The position numbers were made by a program, and so were the translations under genes. A stretch of 63,994 nucleotides of DNA, the filler included, from Octopus bimaculoides (Eukaryota), in NCBI RefSeq assembly GCF_001194135.2. It is 5 parts of 5 records of this genome, joined end to end, with 100 filler letters (N's around TTAATTAATTAA, not from the genome) between each part and the next. Parts side by side here need not be neighbours in the genome. Positions count along the whole stretch, not along the records: positions 61,759 to 63,994 come from NC_068982.1; 4 more parts are not named here. One strand, written 5' to 3'. This document shows, piece by piece, positions 62,293-63,994 of this stretch. A model generated the notes under the pieces. That model was given only the letters and a program-made list of their open reading frames with translations, searched no databases and was not told the DNA's origin. The number at the start of each line of letters is the position of its first letter. The first letter of the stretch is position 1.

Positions 62293-63820
62293 ATGTACTT
62301 AAACGGCAACAATTACAAATATGTAAAGATGCATACATATATGATCACACACAAAACAAAATACAAAACAAAAAAGTAAACGAGTTCATGTATTCGAATT
62401 CGGTATTTGAATTGGAACGGACATTTTTTGAAATTACAATTGTATTTCATTAAGTGCATATGTAATGTATAAAAGTGTGTGCTTGTTTATATATTCGTAC
62501 AAGAGGATGAGTAAACAATTACGTACGTATGTGTGATTTTTTAATATAGATACATATACCCATATATTTTGGACTGTCCCTTCGAAGACGACGAAGGAGT
62601 GATCAGCTTTTGCCGAAAGACCTGCATAAATGATTTGTTTATAGTAATCAAATGTATGTGCTGTACATCAGCTCATCCCCTCTATCAAATCAACGTTGCT
62701 TGAACAGGTGCACGGTGTACCACACGTCAGGTGTCCAAGTGATCGCAGTGCAACATGAGATGAAGTCTTTTGCTCAAGAACACAACGCGTCACCCTATCT
62801 AGGAATTGAAACTATGACCTGGCGATCGTGAGTGCGACACCCTTGCCATGTGCACTCACAATATGCCCTATTGGTTAGGGAGTTGGACTCAAGATTGTGA
62901 GATTGTGGTTTCACTTCCTAGACCAGGTGTTGCGTCGTATTCTTGAGCAAAACAATTCATCTCACATTGCTCTGCTATCACTTCGACACCTGACGCGTGG
63001 TACCCAATGCACCTGTTCAGAAACGCCCATTTGATTGAGAGAGTGAGCTAATGTGCGGTACGCACATTTGATCACTATAAACCATAGCTTCCCCAAATGG
63101 GCGATATTGCCCACTGGTGGGCAATATCTTTACAGGGTTTATAAAAACTGAAGGACCACTGCAATGAGTGTGTGAATCAGAGAGTGGAATATGTTGCATA
63201 AAATCATAACTGTTTCTCCTGTATTTTCTTTTATCCAAAGTAGGAATCTTTCAGCATTCCCTCGTAATGCATATACGTACACATACACAATGCCTCCATA
63301 TGTGCACTCGCATACGCACAGACACACTCACATAGAAACACATACAGGCGCAGCCAGATAAATAAATAATTTTTCTCTAATTAATCAGGTCGAAAACTTA
63401 AAGCTCCCTTTTGTATTGACTTTTGTCTTCCGTACACAAGAACATGACCTAAACACATGACCTAAACAACAGACTCAGTAAACTCTATATGCCTCATAAA
63501 ATAACTATAATGTTAAAATATGCCGAAAATGAATATGTATTCATGTGTTTGTTTATTTAGTTAAATGTAAACGAAAATAGCTCACAAATAATATTTAATA
63601 TTTCCCATGTTCACTACGGAACAGATTAAATCAAGGGAAGGTACTCTTCCAATAATTTTAGAGTAATCTTTCCTGAATGCAGTTTTCCTATCTTTCCAGA
63701 AACGGTTGTGCATGTGACTAGAATATTTTCACTGTTTAATGTCATACAGGCATGCATTAAAGTATGTACGTACGTACGTATGCATGTATGTATGTATGTA
63801 TGTATGTATGTATGTATGTA

Positions 63821-63889
<69 letters not shown>

Positions 63890-63994
63890 CGGCGCATGGC
63901 TTAATCGTTAGAGCGTCGGGCTTACAATCATAAGGTAGTCGGCTTGATTCCCGGACTGGGCTCTGTGTTGTGTCCTCGAGCAAGACACTTTATT

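Overview
Eukaryotic, repeat-rich, gappy scaffold. The SINE families, microsatellite load and gene content point to a coleoid cephalopod, probably Octopus (inference). Three spliced protein-coding genes can be reconstructed: malonyl-CoA decarboxylase (MLYCD, + strand, 9 exons, 1233-10615); a SKA3-like kinetochore gene (- strand, 21914-12992, convergent with MLYCD, with a CHR/CDE/E2F/CRE-type promoter near 23.7 kb); and three internal exons of an SLC22 organic cation transporter-like gene (+, 54256-57933). The rest is tRNA-derived SINEs, decayed LINEs (R4/RLE-type, CR1-type, RTE-type), Tc1/mariner remnants, TTAA-flanked piggyBac-like MITEs and four Penelope-like element (PLE) remnants. The most notable signal not shown by the ORF track is a set of minimal type-I hammerhead ribozyme folds with palindromic, loop-less or near loop-less stem III. 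Two of them sit in 167-bp inverted repeats bracketing a PLE GIY-YIG domain (29081-30465). Three of the folds carry a CCGANGA (U4C) core, and the copies lying sense in host-gene introns have damaged cores. Several long foldback palindromes (302, 121, 91 and 55 bp) are also present. All family assignments come from motif recognition by eye; no database searches or folding programs were run.
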